Positions 10,583-21,408 of a stretch of 64,000 nt of DNA are shown here, piece by piece. The notes below the pieces were generated by a model. It had not been told where the DNA came from, did no database searches, and saw nothing but the letters and a program-made list of their open reading frames with translations. Made by a program: the position numbers and the translations under genes. Position 1 is the stretch's first letter. Each line of letters starts with the position of its first letter. Source of the stretch: Nitrosopumilus sp. (GTDB lineage: Archaea; Thermoproteota; Nitrososphaeria; Nitrososphaerales; Nitrosopumilaceae); assembly GCA_965207445.1 (NCBI GenBank), contig CBDBLX010000002.1, positions 416,001 through 480,000 on the forward strand, read 5' to 3'.

Positions 10583-12109
10583 ATGGTACTAGAACTACAA
10601 AAACCACGCCCTATATGGCAGATAATGTTCTCTACTCATCACACTGATGTCGGACTGTTGTATCTGATCATGTCACTTGGCTTTTTGTTCTTGGGTGGTG
10701 CACTTGCACTTGCGATCAGAGTAGAGTTATTCTTACCAGGCGCACAAGTGATCGGTGACGCAATGACGTTTAATCGAATATTTACAGTACATGGCACAAC
10801 TCTGATATTTCTATTCATTATACCGTTTGCATCTGCTGTTGGCAACTATTTTGTACCCATAATGGTTAGATACAAGGACATGGCATATCCAAAACTCAAT
10901 GCTATTGCATTTTGGATGATACCTCCATCTGGTGCCTTGATATGGCTAGGATTTGCAGATTTTACTTGGTATGCTACTCCACCATACTCGATAATTAGTG
11001 CGCCTGGTCCTGCTGCTGATATGTGGATATTTGGTCTAAAAATTTTGGGTATATCATCAGTACTTGGCGCCATCAACTTTGTTGTGACTATACTAAAGTG
11101 TAAACACCCTGACATGTCAATAGGACAAGTTCCCCTACTTGCATGGTCATTTTTATCATCATCATTGATTATACTAGTTGCAATTCCAACATTTGCAGCA
11201 GCATTATTGATGTTGCTAACTGACAGGTTGGGTGTGAGTGGTTTCTTTAATCCTGCACTAGGCGGTGATCCGATTGCGTATGCTCATCTGTTCTGGTTTA
11301 CCTTTCACCCTGAGGTCTATGTGTTGGTAATTCCTGCAATAGGAATGATGTATGAGATTATACCGCGTTTTTCACGCAGACCGATATACAGCTATAGTTC
11401 TGGAGTCTTTGCATTTGTGTTATTGTCTATAGTTGGATTTTCATCTTGGGCGCACCACATGTATGCAACTGGTATGTCATTTACAGAAAAGACTGTATTT
11501 ATGGTAGGAACACTTGCCGCTGTTCCTGCATCTGCAATGCATGTCTTTAACTTTATTGCCACAATGTGGAATGGACGCATCCGATTCTCTACGCCAATGA
11601 TGTGGGCAGTGGGAGGTATTGCACTGTTCTTCTCAGCAGGTGCAGGTGGTGTTGTGAATAGCGCAATGCCACTTGACTTTACCACACATGATACGTACTG
11701 GGTCGTAGGACACTTTCACCTGTTTGTGATGGGCACAATTGCATTTGGTTCAATTGGCTATCTATACTATATGTTCCCATATGTGACTGGACGTATGTAC
11801 AGTGAGACTATGGGAAAGATTCACTTTATAATGTCATTTATTGGAACTATTTTGGTATTCTTTACACAACATATACTTGGCTTGTACGGCATGCCACGTC
11901 GTATATTTGACTATCCACCAATACCTGAGTGGATTGCAATGAATCAGATTGCATCTATTGGTGCCATGATTATTGGCGTTAGTATGGTGATATTCTTGGT
12001 TAACATGATACATAGTTCTGCCAAGGGTGAGCCTGCAAATACTGATGATCCATTTGGCGTTGGAGGCAAGTACTATTATCCATTTGAGGCAAAGAACCCA
12101 TCGCACTAG
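10583..12109 (+). CDS. coxA: Heme-copper oxidase subunit I
   Basis: FTVHG, WFTFHPEVY, WAHHM, GHFH ligands. Confidence 0.97.
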   Translation: MVLELQKPRPIWQIMFSTHHTDVGLLYLIMSLGFLFLGGALALAIRVELFLPGAQVIGDAMTFNRIFTVHGTTLIFLFIIPFASAVGNYFVPIMVRYKDMAYPKLNAIAFWMIPPSGALIWLGFADFTWYATPPYSIISAPGPAADMWIFGLKILGISSVLGAINFVVTILKCKHPDMSIGQVPLLAWSFLSSSLIILVAIPTFAAALLMLLTDRLGVSGFFNPALGGDPIAYAHLFWFTFHPEVYVLVIPAIGMMYEIIPRFSRRPIYSYSSGVFAFVLLSIVGFSSWAHHMYATGMSFTEKTVFMVGTLAAVPASAMHVFNFIATMWNGRIRFSTPMMWAVGGIALFFSAGAGGVVNSAMPLDFTTHDTYWVVGHFHLFVMGTIAFGSIGYLYYMFPYVTGRMYSETMGKIHFIMSFIGTILVFFTQHILGLYGMPRRIFDYPPIPEWIAMNQIASIGAMIIGVSMVIFLVNMIHSSAKGEPANTDDPFGVGGKYYYPFEAKNPSH

Positions 12110-12117
12110 GAGAAGAG

Positions 12118-13185
12118 ATGAATTTGACAGACAATATAGAATCCTATCAACAAGTATACCGAACGACGCCTGCACGTACAGGTAAGATGATGGCAATAAT
12201 GCTTGGTATCTGTATTGTTGGTGGTGCAATATTTTTTGCAATGTGGGATTATTGGATATCAGAACCTGCACCGGTAGTTGCTATGATGGCAAGTAGCGGT
12301 GATGGGGGGTCAGCTGATGCTGCTGGTAGTTCTACTGCTACAGTGCAGACTGGTGAGACTATACCTGTTGATCTTGTGTTTGTAGAAGGGGATGACTTTA
12401 TCACAATGGCATTCAACGCACTGCCTGGTGAGGAAGGAAATAATCCTCAGATTGACATGAATGTAGGTGACAAGTTAGAATTTAATATAGTGAGTAGCGG
12501 GGTATCATTTCATGCGTTTGGTGTGACAAAGGATACTGAAGGCGTTGGTAATATTATACCTGGAACTGAGGTCGGTTCTATGAGTGCCCCGTTGCGAGAT
12601 GGCGATTCTGGAAGCTCAGAATTTATTGCAGGTGAGGAGGGAACATTTTATTACATTTGTACTGTGCCAGGGCATAGAGCGCAAGGAATGGAAGGCTTGA
12701 TTGTGGTGGGTCCTGGAGATGGTGGCGATGCTGCTGGTGGTGGTGATGATGATAATGGTAGTAGCAGCAGCGCAAGTCGACCAACCGATCAGGATCATGC
12801 AAAATATCATGATTCACCAACTGGTGTATCACACGAGTTCCAACTTGACTTTGTAGAGTCTGATGACTTTAGAACTTTTGGTTTTAATGGGTTAGAGGGT
12901 GATGAGGGTGCAAACCCGGAGATTGTTGTAAATGCCGGTGATGAGATTACCGTCTCTGCTATAAATACTGGCGTGTCTTTTCACTCTTTTGGTGTAGTGT
13001 ATGCTCCAGAGGATTTCAACAATGTGTTGTGGGACTCTGAAATTGGCTCATTTACTAGCCCACTAAAGGCAGGTGAGGATGGTACCGTCACGTTCTTGGC
13101 CGGTGCACCTGGCAAGTATCATTACATATGCACAGTACCTGGACATGCATTGCAGGGTATGCAGGGCGTATTTATAGTGGAATAG
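12118..13185 (+). CDS. Membrane-anchored two-domain blue (type 1) copper protein
   Basis: Two cupredoxin domains, each with FH.FGV and YICTVPGH...GM. Confidence 0.9.
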   Translation: MNLTDNIESYQQVYRTTPARTGKMMAIMLGICIVGGAIFFAMWDYWISEPAPVVAMMASSGDGGSADAAGSSTATVQTGETIPVDLVFVEGDDFITMAFNALPGEEGNNPQIDMNVGDKLEFNIVSSGVSFHAFGVTKDTEGVGNIIPGTEVGSMSAPLRDGDSGSSEFIAGEEGTFYYICTVPGHRAQGMEGLIVVGPGDGGDAAGGGDDDNGSSSSASRPTDQDHAKYHDSPTGVSHEFQLDFVESDDFRTFGFNGLEGDEGANPEIVVNAGDEITVSAINTGVSFHSFGVVYAPEDFNNVLWDSEIGSFTSPLKAGEDGTVTFLAGAPGKYHYICTVPGHALQGMQGVFIVE

Positions 13186-13187
13186 AC

Positions 13188-13637
13188 TTGGCTGTACAAT
13201 ATCTGGCATTATCAAGTATGATCGTACTGTACTCGTTGATGTTTCTTGGTGGGTACATATCTGCAGCAGGATTAGGTTTAACATGTCCTGAATGGCCCCT
13301 GTGCCCTGATGGCATAATGCCATCTGAGGAATATCTGATTGAGTGGATACATAGATTGGCCGCTGCTACGACAGGCGCACTGATTGTGGCTACCATGATT
13401 GCAGTTTACTTGAACAAGAATGCAGATACCAAGATTAAAGCTGTCAGCTCACTTGCAACTGTATTTGTAATAACTCAGATCACGTTAGGTGCGCTTGTAA
13501 TTGACTTGAAACTACATGCTGTACTAGTTGCAATTCATCTTGGAATAGGCATATTGCTCTTCTCTATGGTATTGTTAACTACATTGTTTGCATTTCGTAT
13601 ATCATCTAGCACACATCGTCCCATAACTACTGTTTAG
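13188..13637 (+). CDS. ctaA: Heme A synthase (COX15/CtaA, short form)
   Basis: GLTCPEWPLC, EWIHRL, QITLG, H in last helix; TTG start inferred. Confidence 0.88.
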   Translation: MAVQYLALSSMIVLYSLMFLGGYISAAGLGLTCPEWPLCPDGIMPSEEYLIEWIHRLAAATTGALIVATMIAVYLNKNADTKIKAVSSLATVFVITQITLGALVIDLKLHAVLVAIHLGIGILLFSMVLLTTLFAFRISSSTHRPITTV

Positions 13638-13665
13638 GATTGTTGTTGTTTGTAGTGGTGTGTGG

Positions 13666-13735
13666 GTGTGAACCAAGCTCTGTGTGTGGAAAATGGTGTT
13701 TGGTGGATTTTCTAGGCATGGAGCTTGGTTCACAC
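13666..13735. mobile_element. 70-bp MITE with GTGTGAACCAAGCTC terminal inverted repeats
   Basis: Perfect 15-bp TIRs. Confidence 0.75.
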
Positions 13736-14402
13736 GAGTGAATACATGACTCACGCCTATTCTACAACCGTCAGGCTCAACCACGTGCAAATCAACGATC
13801 CTCAGACTGGAGTTCTGATAAAGACAATTACATCCGAACCGATCAAAGAAGAGTGGCTGCAAAACAATAGTGTCTAAGATTAGTCCATGAGGTGCTTTAT
13901 ATAGAATTTCATAGATATATTATCAGACTTGATTGACAAGACACATGAACCAAACTATTCTGATGAGAGACTTGACGGTGTGCTTGATCCAATGCCAGTC
14001 TTCAAAGAAACTACTTCGGGACTGGCCTCTGCGTACCAGCTTGTGGACTATTCTACTGCCGATGTAAAGTTCATCTCTGAGTCGACTGATGCGTCATATC
14101 TACCGAATCTCACCTGTGACTAGCGTTTGTTCAAGTTGCATACAAGTATGATATTACACTCTACAGCACCATCATGTGAACCAACCTTCCTGATTGATAT
14201 ACTCATTTTAAATTCGAATATAACATGTAAAATTAATTTAGATTTTTAGGTTTTGTAATAATATATCTTTTCATATTTAAATTAATCTATCTTAATCATT
14301 GGAAATAATAAATACATTTATATGATCAAAGTGTTTTATCAACACTATGAGTTAAAAAAGACCAGACAAAACAGATGATGCATGTATTAAATTAAAAATA
14401 AA

Positions 14403-14551
14403 GTATGAACCAAGCTCTTTGGATGCAATAATTAAATCACATACTTGTATTTGGTCACATCCCTGCCTGTATATTGAGTATCATATATGCGATGCATTTG
14501 ACTAGGAGTTATTTTTGAATGATTATATTTGTCATGGAGCTTGACTCAGAC
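14403..14551. mobile_element. ~149-bp MITE (family B), degenerate
   Basis: Homologous along its length to 63048-63196 and, inverted, to 32374-32521. Confidence 0.8.
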
Positions 14552-15124
14552 TCTTTTTTTACCCTTTAGCAATTTTGGTAAATATATGTACATCATCACT
14601 ACTGTAAAACTAATTGCGCCAATTGTAATTGCAATTATGAATATGTATCCAAATGGACTTTGTGTTCCCATGTTAAATGTATATGTAGTGACACCTGGTT
14701 TATCTATCATATCATAAAGATCCACCATCACAATGTGGTTTCCTTGATTGCGCCACACATACGTAAAGTCCCAATGTCCGCCTTCAATTGCTGTAGGTGG
14801 TATGGCGTCTATCTGTTGGTTGTTAAAGGTGAACCTAATACCCATTCTGAACCTGTCAACTTCTTCAAAGTCTGAGTCTGTAACCCTAACTAGAAACATG
14901 GATGGTTCATTAATCTGCGGAAATTCTGGGGCAGTGGCAACTTGGACCCTATACCCTGCAATGAATTTTTCAGCAGAGTTGAACATAGAGTGGCCGAATG
15001 CCTCATTATTATTATTATTATCATCATCATATGTGACTAGTAATATTGCCCCAAATATGCATAGTGTTGCTACAACGACACAATACTTGATAGATAATGT
15101 GAGGCCAACTTTTTCTCTTACCAT
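14546..15124 (-). CDS. Hypothetical membrane protein (N- and C-terminal TM helices)
   Basis: ORF with two hydrophobic segments; start at ATG 15124 inferred. Confidence 0.75.
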   Translation of the reverse strand: MVREKVGLTLSIKYCVVVATLCIFGAILLVTYDDDNNNNNEAFGHSMFNSAEKFIAGYRVQVATAPEFPQINEPSMFLVRVTDSDFEEVDRFRMGIRFTFNNQQIDAIPPTAIEGGHWDFTYVWRNQGNHIVMVDLYDMIDKPGVTTYTFNMGTQSPFGYIFIIAITIGAISFTVVMMYIYLPKLLKGKKRV

Positions 15125-15179
15125 GTTGTCTTTTGAAATCTTCAAAAGCTTTAAATCCTTATTGCCAAGAATCGAATTG

Positions 15180-15800
15180 TTGACACTTGTCACCAAATCC
15201 ATCGATGTAAAGGTTCCAGTTGATAACGTCTTTACGTACTTTGCACGTCCAGAGCACGTATCGGATCAGATGAAAAATGAGACTGTTGGTATGACCGTTG
15301 TACCGATGGATATCAAAGAAGGAATGGGCGTCGGAACTACGTTTCGTGTAATTGGCGACTTTGGCGGTAAACGTCTAGAGTGGGACTGTGAGACGACAGA
15401 GTTCATACGCAACAAAAGAATATCTGCAAAACAGACTGATGGTCCGTTCAAAAAGTGGATAATCACAAACGAGTTTGAAGAACTAGGAGCAAATCTAACC
15501 AGAGTTACAATGTCAGTTGACTATGATATGCCATTTGGTCCACTAGGGGCCATTGTCGACAAGGCAAAATTTGCAAAGTCTGCTGAACGTGGTATGGAGA
15601 CTGCACTGTACAATGTACGTGGACTCTTGGAAGGGAATGGTTCTATTCCGGTGTATATCACGCTGGATTCTTACCAAAGGTTGCTTAAAGTAAAAAAAGA
15701 GATGAATGACGTACCTGTATCTACAGCATTGACTGCTATAATACAAAAGTACAATGAATCTCAAAGCGCAGAAACAGCAACAGCCACAATCTCAAAATAA
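15180..15800 (+). CDS. SRPBCC (START/polyketide cyclase-like) family protein
   Basis: SIDVKVPVDNVFTY, GVGTTF, GPFKKW pattern; TTG start inferred. Confidence 0.85.
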   Translation: MTLVTKSIDVKVPVDNVFTYFARPEHVSDQMKNETVGMTVVPMDIKEGMGVGTTFRVIGDFGGKRLEWDCETTEFIRNKRISAKQTDGPFKKWIITNEFEELGANLTRVTMSVDYDMPFGPLGAIVDKAKFAKSAERGMETALYNVRGLLEGNGSIPVYITLDSYQRLLKVKKEMNDVPVSTALTAIIQKYNESQSAETATATISK

Positions 15801-15943
15801 GACTATACTATACAACAACTCTATCTATTTTATCTTTGTGTTTTAATGAATTTAGATTTAAAATATATTCTTATAATTTTATCAAATATTTTGTTTGATG
15901 TAATCTTAAGATTATAATACCATTTTTTTTAATAATATTTAGT

Positions 15944-16017
15944 GGGTCTATGGCGCAGCCAGGTAGCGCACAGGACTCTTAATCCTGCTGTCGTGGGTTC
16001 GAATCCCTCTAGACCCG
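15944..16017 (+). tRNA. tRNA-Lys (anticodon CTT)
   Basis: GGGTCTA/TAGACCC acceptor stem, CAGGA-CTCTTAA-TCCTG anticodon arm, GGTTCGAATCC T arm. Confidence 0.97.
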
Positions 16018-16573
16018 CTAATTTATCTATTCATATAGAATTAGTGATTGGATTGTGCCACATACAACAAACATGTATGTATTCGTATGGGGTGAATGGA
16101 GGTTGGTGTGTAATTCATCAAATCGCCACCTGCATCGTGCTTGCAGTCATCTGGAAATATCGCCAGAGTTTTATATGTATAAATTAAATTATTCAATAAT
16201 CTCATAGAAGGGTCACAGGCAGGCTAATGTCAATTACGCACCAATCTCGCATATCTACACTGCATAATGGCACATTGTATAGGTTAAACACAAATATGGA
16301 GATATGTGTATGTACTCACAAAATGCCAAGGCGTCTCCCACACCATGTTTTGCGCGTACACTTTGTAGGCTTGGAAGCACGGCCTGCTTATGGCTTGTTG
16401 TAGGCGTGACTTGACACCCCCCGCTGGCATCATATCTTGAGGCAGACAGTCTTCCTGTCCAGTTTACAGAACATTTGAGTGGCTTTGAATCGTGTAACGT
16501 AGGTTGCGCGGCTCAGACCACATGGCCACGACCCCAGAGGAGTATAAATTTACGAGTTATGCAACACGCTAGA
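16002..16573 (+). repeat. ~572-bp direct repeat, copy 1 (starts inside the tRNA-Lys 3' end)
   Basis: Near-identical to 20837-21407. Confidence 0.95.
16098..16248. mobile_element. ~150-bp MITE, internal deletion derivative of the IS at 27480-29175 (second copy near 20933-21083)
   Basis: Left and right portions match the two IS ends; TIR GAGGTTGGTGYGTAATT. Confidence 0.85.
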
Positions 16574-16834
16574 TACATCGACTTTGTTAAATAATCTATC
16601 TGTAACTATCTTTTGTTGCTGTATACATTTACTCATTTTTTCTCTATATGAGTAAATGACAGCATACGTATTTAACTACCCATATACTTTTTTTACACTA
16701 TCTTACAATTTCAGTGATTTGTAATGATGGTGGTGGTGGTGGTGCGTGTCCATGCCTAGTCCACGTGGTATAGAGAAGGGGGGAGGTGACACGTTACGAT
16801 GGCGCCGAAATCATTAAAAAATAAAAAAAGAAGT

Positions 16835-17464
16835 TTAGAGGGCCGATGCCACTTTCATCAGATCTGACAATGTATAGGCAGTCGAGATCAGTTCTATTTG
16901 GATCCTGCCGTCATGGAAGATCAGTTTTGATGTCATTCCGTGTTCGGGATCCCCGTCCACGCCAATGGCGTCAAAACCGTTTACCACTACACTCTGTGTG
17001 TAAGGCCGTTCCTTCAGGAAGTCTACGCGCCACTTTTCAATGTTGAAGCCATCGCGCTCTTTGTCATACAATATGATGATCCCGTGAGAGTCCATCACGT
17101 CTGCAAATGTCTCGAGTTTGTTGTAGTCTATGGATTCCGGCCCGTAGATCACCGCTGCCAGACTGGCCCTTTCTGATCCCGTTCCCCTGGTCATCAACGC
17201 CTTGACTTCCAGACCGGCTGGAAGCAGTGTGGATTCCGTTACCTTGTAACCCGCCTTTACGGACAGTGCCTCGACGTTTGGATATGCATCCCCGTAGTTT
17301 CCCAGCTTGTAGGAGTACGGCATCTTGGCGGCTGCAAGCGACTCGGAATACTTTCCAAGATACGGCAAGTCTTGCGTTTGCTGCGAGTCCTGCATCCAAA
17401 CAAGCCCGATGCCAGCAATCCCGACTGAGACTACCAGCGCCGCAATCGTGGCTTTTTTCAGCAA
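16835..17464 (-). CDS. Membrane-anchored partner protein of cassette 1 (putative immunity/inhibitor)
   Basis: TTG start overlaps the upstream stop; single N-terminal TM helix; T-rich tract downstream on the coding strand. Confidence 0.75.
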   Translation of the reverse strand: MLKKATIAALVVSVGIAGIGLVWMQDSQQTQDLPYLGKYSESLAAAKMPYSYKLGNYGDAYPNVEALSVKAGYKVTESTLLPAGLEVKALMTRGTGSERASLAAVIYGPESIDYNKLETFADVMDSHGIIILYDKERDGFNIEKWRVDFLKERPYTQSVVVNGFDAIGVDGDPEHGMTSKLIFHDGRIQIELISTAYTLSDLMKVASAL

Positions 17465-18183
17465 GTCTCTGACCCTCCTATACCGACCTTGATGTTCTTG
17501 TAGGCGGGCGTGCACTGGGTTATGAACGCGTCGTTTTCTTCGTGTTCGATATCGTTGTCCGTCCAGTAGCTCCACCTAGAACCGTCATGCCACTGTATGT
17601 ATCTCACGTCTGTTTTGGGGACCGACGTATCATCGTCCTTGGATTCTACTCCAGTGATTACGTTCCCATAGTCATAGCTCATGATTAGGCCGGCGCGTCG
17701 GGCACCGTCTGCATATGCCAGCCACTTTTCGTCCTTGTTTGTGTCTGATATCTCGTAGTATATGTTGTCAGACGGGCTGACAGAACCGGTCAATCTGTAT
17801 TCATAATAGCGCCCATCTTGCTGATATGCCAGATAGTGAAATTCATCTGAGTTGTGACATGTTCCGTTTACGTTGCCCGATACGACTCCGATTTCTATCC
17901 ACTCGTCGTTGGGAAAGACAACCCAAGTAGCTACCAGTGAGAACCCTACACCGTTTGGCGAGCATGAATCTGATACTGTTATGTCGGGAACAGTCACTCT
18001 TGCTTTGACGCCTGATATCGGAGATGAGTCCGTACTGTGGAGTTCTTGGGTTCCAATGCAGTGTGCTTCCCACCACCCACTCGTGCAGTCTTCAGTAGAA
18101 GCCGAGCTGGCCGAAGGGATCAATGCCACCCCCAACAGGATTGGAAGCACAGTCAAGATTGTTTTGGTATGTTTTGCAATCAT
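17458..18183 (-). CDS. Secreted protein, neprosin-like glutamic peptidase candidate
   Basis: Signal peptide; SGVKARV, W...WIEIG and TGVE motifs reminiscent of the two neprosin catalytic glutamates; 6 Cys; TATA box 29 nt upstream. Confidence 0.55.
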   Translation of the reverse strand: MIAKHTKTILTVLPILLGVALIPSASSASTEDCTSGWWEAHCIGTQELHSTDSSPISGVKARVTVPDITVSDSCSPNGVGFSLVATWVVFPNDEWIEIGVVSGNVNGTCHNSDEFHYLAYQQDGRYYEYRLTGSVSPSDNIYYEISDTNKDEKWLAYADGARRAGLIMSYDYGNVITGVESKDDDTSVPKTDVRYIQWHDGSRWSYWTDNDIEHEENDAFITQCTPAYKNIKVGIGGSETC

Positions 18184-18743
18184 TATGTACACTTGCACCC
18201 TACGTTATATAAGGCGGCATATCCAAATATGGAGTGCCTTTTGGCCGCGGATTCAGGCATGCAATACGGCAGCCACGGTATGTACTGGCAACTGGGCCGG
18301 GGCCGTACGGCACTGATCTGTCGATAGCTTTCATATGACATGGTAGGATCTATCCCGCTTCTTCCAACACTTTTTCCAGAGAAGAGATACTGGCATACGG
18401 AACGTGTTGAAAATGACTAGATTCTGTAGCTTTTCTGTCCGGTGGGCCTCGGAATGGTCGGACACTAGATCACCAGCAACAGCAATAGCAACAATAGGTT
18501 CATGGCAGCCATCAGAAACGGTATCACGGGAGCAGCTACTATTACCAGCCGTCCTGCCTTTGCGCCTATCTTCCACACGGGGGCACCGGCGGCCGGACTG
18601 TGGGCGATCCAAACTGGATGGCGGTAAACGTGCAAAGATAACAAAGATTTCTTTGTCACCTTTGTACTTGCCAAACCCGCGGCCAAAAGGCATTCCAGAT
18701 CAGGATAGGCCTCATTATATAATGCAAAGTGTGAGGGTGTACA

Positions 18744-19765
18744 ATGAATGCAAAACGAGCAAAGACATCTTGTTTGCTTCCTTGATCGTCGCAGTGGTTA
18801 TTCCACTTTCAACGATGGGCGCAGTGGATGCAAAACAGTCTGAAGACAAAATACCTGACGATAAACTGATCCCAAGAGATCCTGCAAAATGGGTTTTACA
18901 ATACGAGAATAAGCAGAAATTTGATGGGTATGAAAACGCTATCAAGATATACGTCGAATCTGCACAAAAAGACAACAAGTGGAATCAGGTAATGGCCAAA
19001 GAACACATACGATTGCACAACCTAGACACCAAAGTAGGCGAGATCGGCGCGGGACTACAAGCAGTGTTGGTGGACGTTGAGCATCAACAGAACCTAGGAG
19101 TATATGATCCTACCGAGGCTGAGAGAAGATACCACCAATGGGCTTTCGAACTATACCCAAACCCAACAATGCACCCAGAGATCAAGAATGTCTGGCTAGA
19201 ACAGATAGTAAAGTCACACAACAGCATAGCAAATCATGGAAACGTGCCGTCTGAACTCTCATTACGAGACCCCGAGTTTTGGATAATGACTGCAAATGAA
19301 TCAATGTGTCAATACGTTGATTGCACACAAGATATTCCAGACTCAGATCCAATCACGAATTTTGTACAAAAATACATAATTCCAAACGCACATGCATACA
19401 AAGTCAACACGTGGCACATTATGAATGGCTACATCTACACACACAGTTGTGAGGGCCAAACCGGAGGATGTATGTTCACTTTGGATACAAAAAGCGGCGT
19501 AGGCACACTGAGTTCTAGCAAGACAACTGCAAGATCTTACGATTCTGACGCAATAGTATATGCCTCAAACTGTTCACCATACTACACTACAGCGCACAAC
19601 ACACTCGATGGTGACTTGACAAGCGGTGTGCAGGAATGGTCATGGAACGACAGCAGCGATACAAGTTGCGCGGTAATATATGAGATACAAGAGATAGCGC
19701 AAAACCCACATGCGTCATTTTTTGCGACTTGGACTATTGAATCAGAGACTACTATAGAAAATTGA
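18744..19765 (+). CDS. Secreted protein of unrecognised family, paralogue of 25754-27046; probable 1-nt frameshift in the signal peptide
   Basis: Shared DDKLI, DN.WN..M, HN.DT, HGNVP.EL, P.A.A motifs; ATG 18744 is 29 nt after the TATA box but out of frame with the gene body. Confidence 0.7.
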
Positions 19766-20331
19766 ACCTCTCTCCCACTCTTTTTGTTGTTACCAAGAAA
19801 TATGAGTTATTGCCACTTGGCATGTTTGTCTTTGCGGTTTTGTTTTTAATAAGTTACAACACACTTGACACGTACTTTACAGTCACCGTTCCACTGCAAC
19901 ATGCAGTCCAGCTGGATTATGTCGGAGAGTACCACTATGATCCGACGGACGACCCGCAGTCAGACATTGGTACGGTCACTCACGTAAAGGCGATAGGTGA
20001 AGATTACATAGAGGTTCAGTTTACAGATAATGATTTTTTTGTAGGTTCGTATAGAATACCGGAATTTGTACATACCGAAACCATAAGAAAGGGAGACGTG
20101 TTCGTAGAGACATGCCTAAACTTTGATTCCGGTGTGAGTCTGGGGCTTTTGACGTATATGGGCGTCGAAGAATATGACGGAAAAGATCACTACAAGTTCT
20201 TTCGTACGAGCGCAGACACGGACAAGGAGCTACAATGCAAATATCCTCAAGTCATCATAGAAAGCCTGAAGATTGACTTGGACATTACAATACCACAAGG
20301 CAAGATCCTCACTATCGTACTTGAAGAGTAG
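19762..20331 (+). CDS. Membrane-anchored partner protein of cassette 2
   Basis: Start overlaps the upstream stop; one N-terminal TM helix; 2 Cys. Confidence 0.75.
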   Translation: MNLSPTLFVVTKKYELLPLGMFVFAVLFLISYNTLDTYFTVTVPLQHAVQLDYVGEYHYDPTDDPQSDIGTVTHVKAIGEDYIEVQFTDNDFFVGSYRIPEFVHTETIRKGDVFVETCLNFDSGVSLGLLTYMGVEEYDGKDHYKFFRTSADTDKELQCKYPQVIIESLKIDLDITIPQGKILTIVLEE

Positions 20332-20836
20332 AAAGATTTTTCCAGTGCGCTGGAATGTATCCTACAAATTCTAGCTGGAAATTAGTGACAATCTAGTGTC
20401 AACGACGTATAATTCTGGGTTTTCACTTTGGCGTTCCTAGTTCTCCATACCTAGATTCTCACTCTATCGCACCTGTTTCTCAGGTGTGCCTAGAATACCG
20501 TAGATCATTCTGCAGTGGAAACGGCAGCACGGCGGCAGCAGACCGCGGCGGCTATCCTCAAAGAATCATAGAGCTTGTTGATTCTTTCCGGATATTATAT
20601 AGTCGGTGGTGGTGTGGGGCGTACCTGCATAGCAGACTGCTTGTTTTCAGTTTGAACGCTGCCGGCAACAACTGCCCTCCGCGCACTGTGTCCTCAATCC
20701 TGCTAGTTTGTCCTGCCTAACCACAACCGGTTCTGCCCGTTCCAGATTCCATATTCTTATTAGCTGGGTATTTGCTACCATATCACATGCAGGGTTCGAA
20801 TCCCCTAAAATCAGGACACTCCTGTTCTAGCTGGCT

Positions 20837-21407
20837 AATCCCTCTAGATTCGCTAATTTATCTATTCATATAGAATTAGTGATTGGATTGTGCCACATAC
20901 AACAAACATGTATGTATTCGTATGAGGTGAATGGAGGTTGGTGCGTAATTCATCAAATCGCCACCTGCATCGTGCTTGCAGTCATCTGGAAATATCGCCA
21001 GAGTTTTATATATATAAATTAAATTATTCAATAATCTCATAGAAGGGTCACAGGCAGGCTAATGTCAATTACGCACCAATCTCGCATATCTACACTGCAT
21101 AATGGCACATTGTATAGGTTAAACACAAATATGGAGATACGTGTATGTACTCACAAAATGCCAAGGCGTCTCCCACGCCATGTTTTGCGCGTACACTTTG
21201 TAGGCTTGGAAGCACGGCTTGCTTATGGCTTGTTGTAGGCGTGACTTGACACACCCGCTGGCATCATATCTTGAGGCAGACAGTCTTCTTGTCCAGTTTA
21301 CAGAACATTTGAGTGGCTTTGAATCGTGTAACGTAGGTTGCGCGGCTCAGACCACATGGCCATGACCCCAGAGGAGTATAAATTTACGAATTATGCAACA
21401 CGCTAGA
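20837..21407 (+). repeat. ~572-bp direct repeat, copy 2
   Basis: Near-identical to 16002-16573. Confidence 0.95.
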
Positions 21408-21408
21408 A

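Noticed and set aside
14748..15179. Long N-terminal extension of the SRPBCC ORF
   Set aside because: Antisense shadow of the 14546-15124 gene; the recognisable domain begins at about 15180.
18404..18743. N-terminal extension of the 453-aa ORF and overlapping minus-strand ORFs
   Set aside because: Lies upstream of or within the TATA box; no recognisable domain, probably pseudogene debris.
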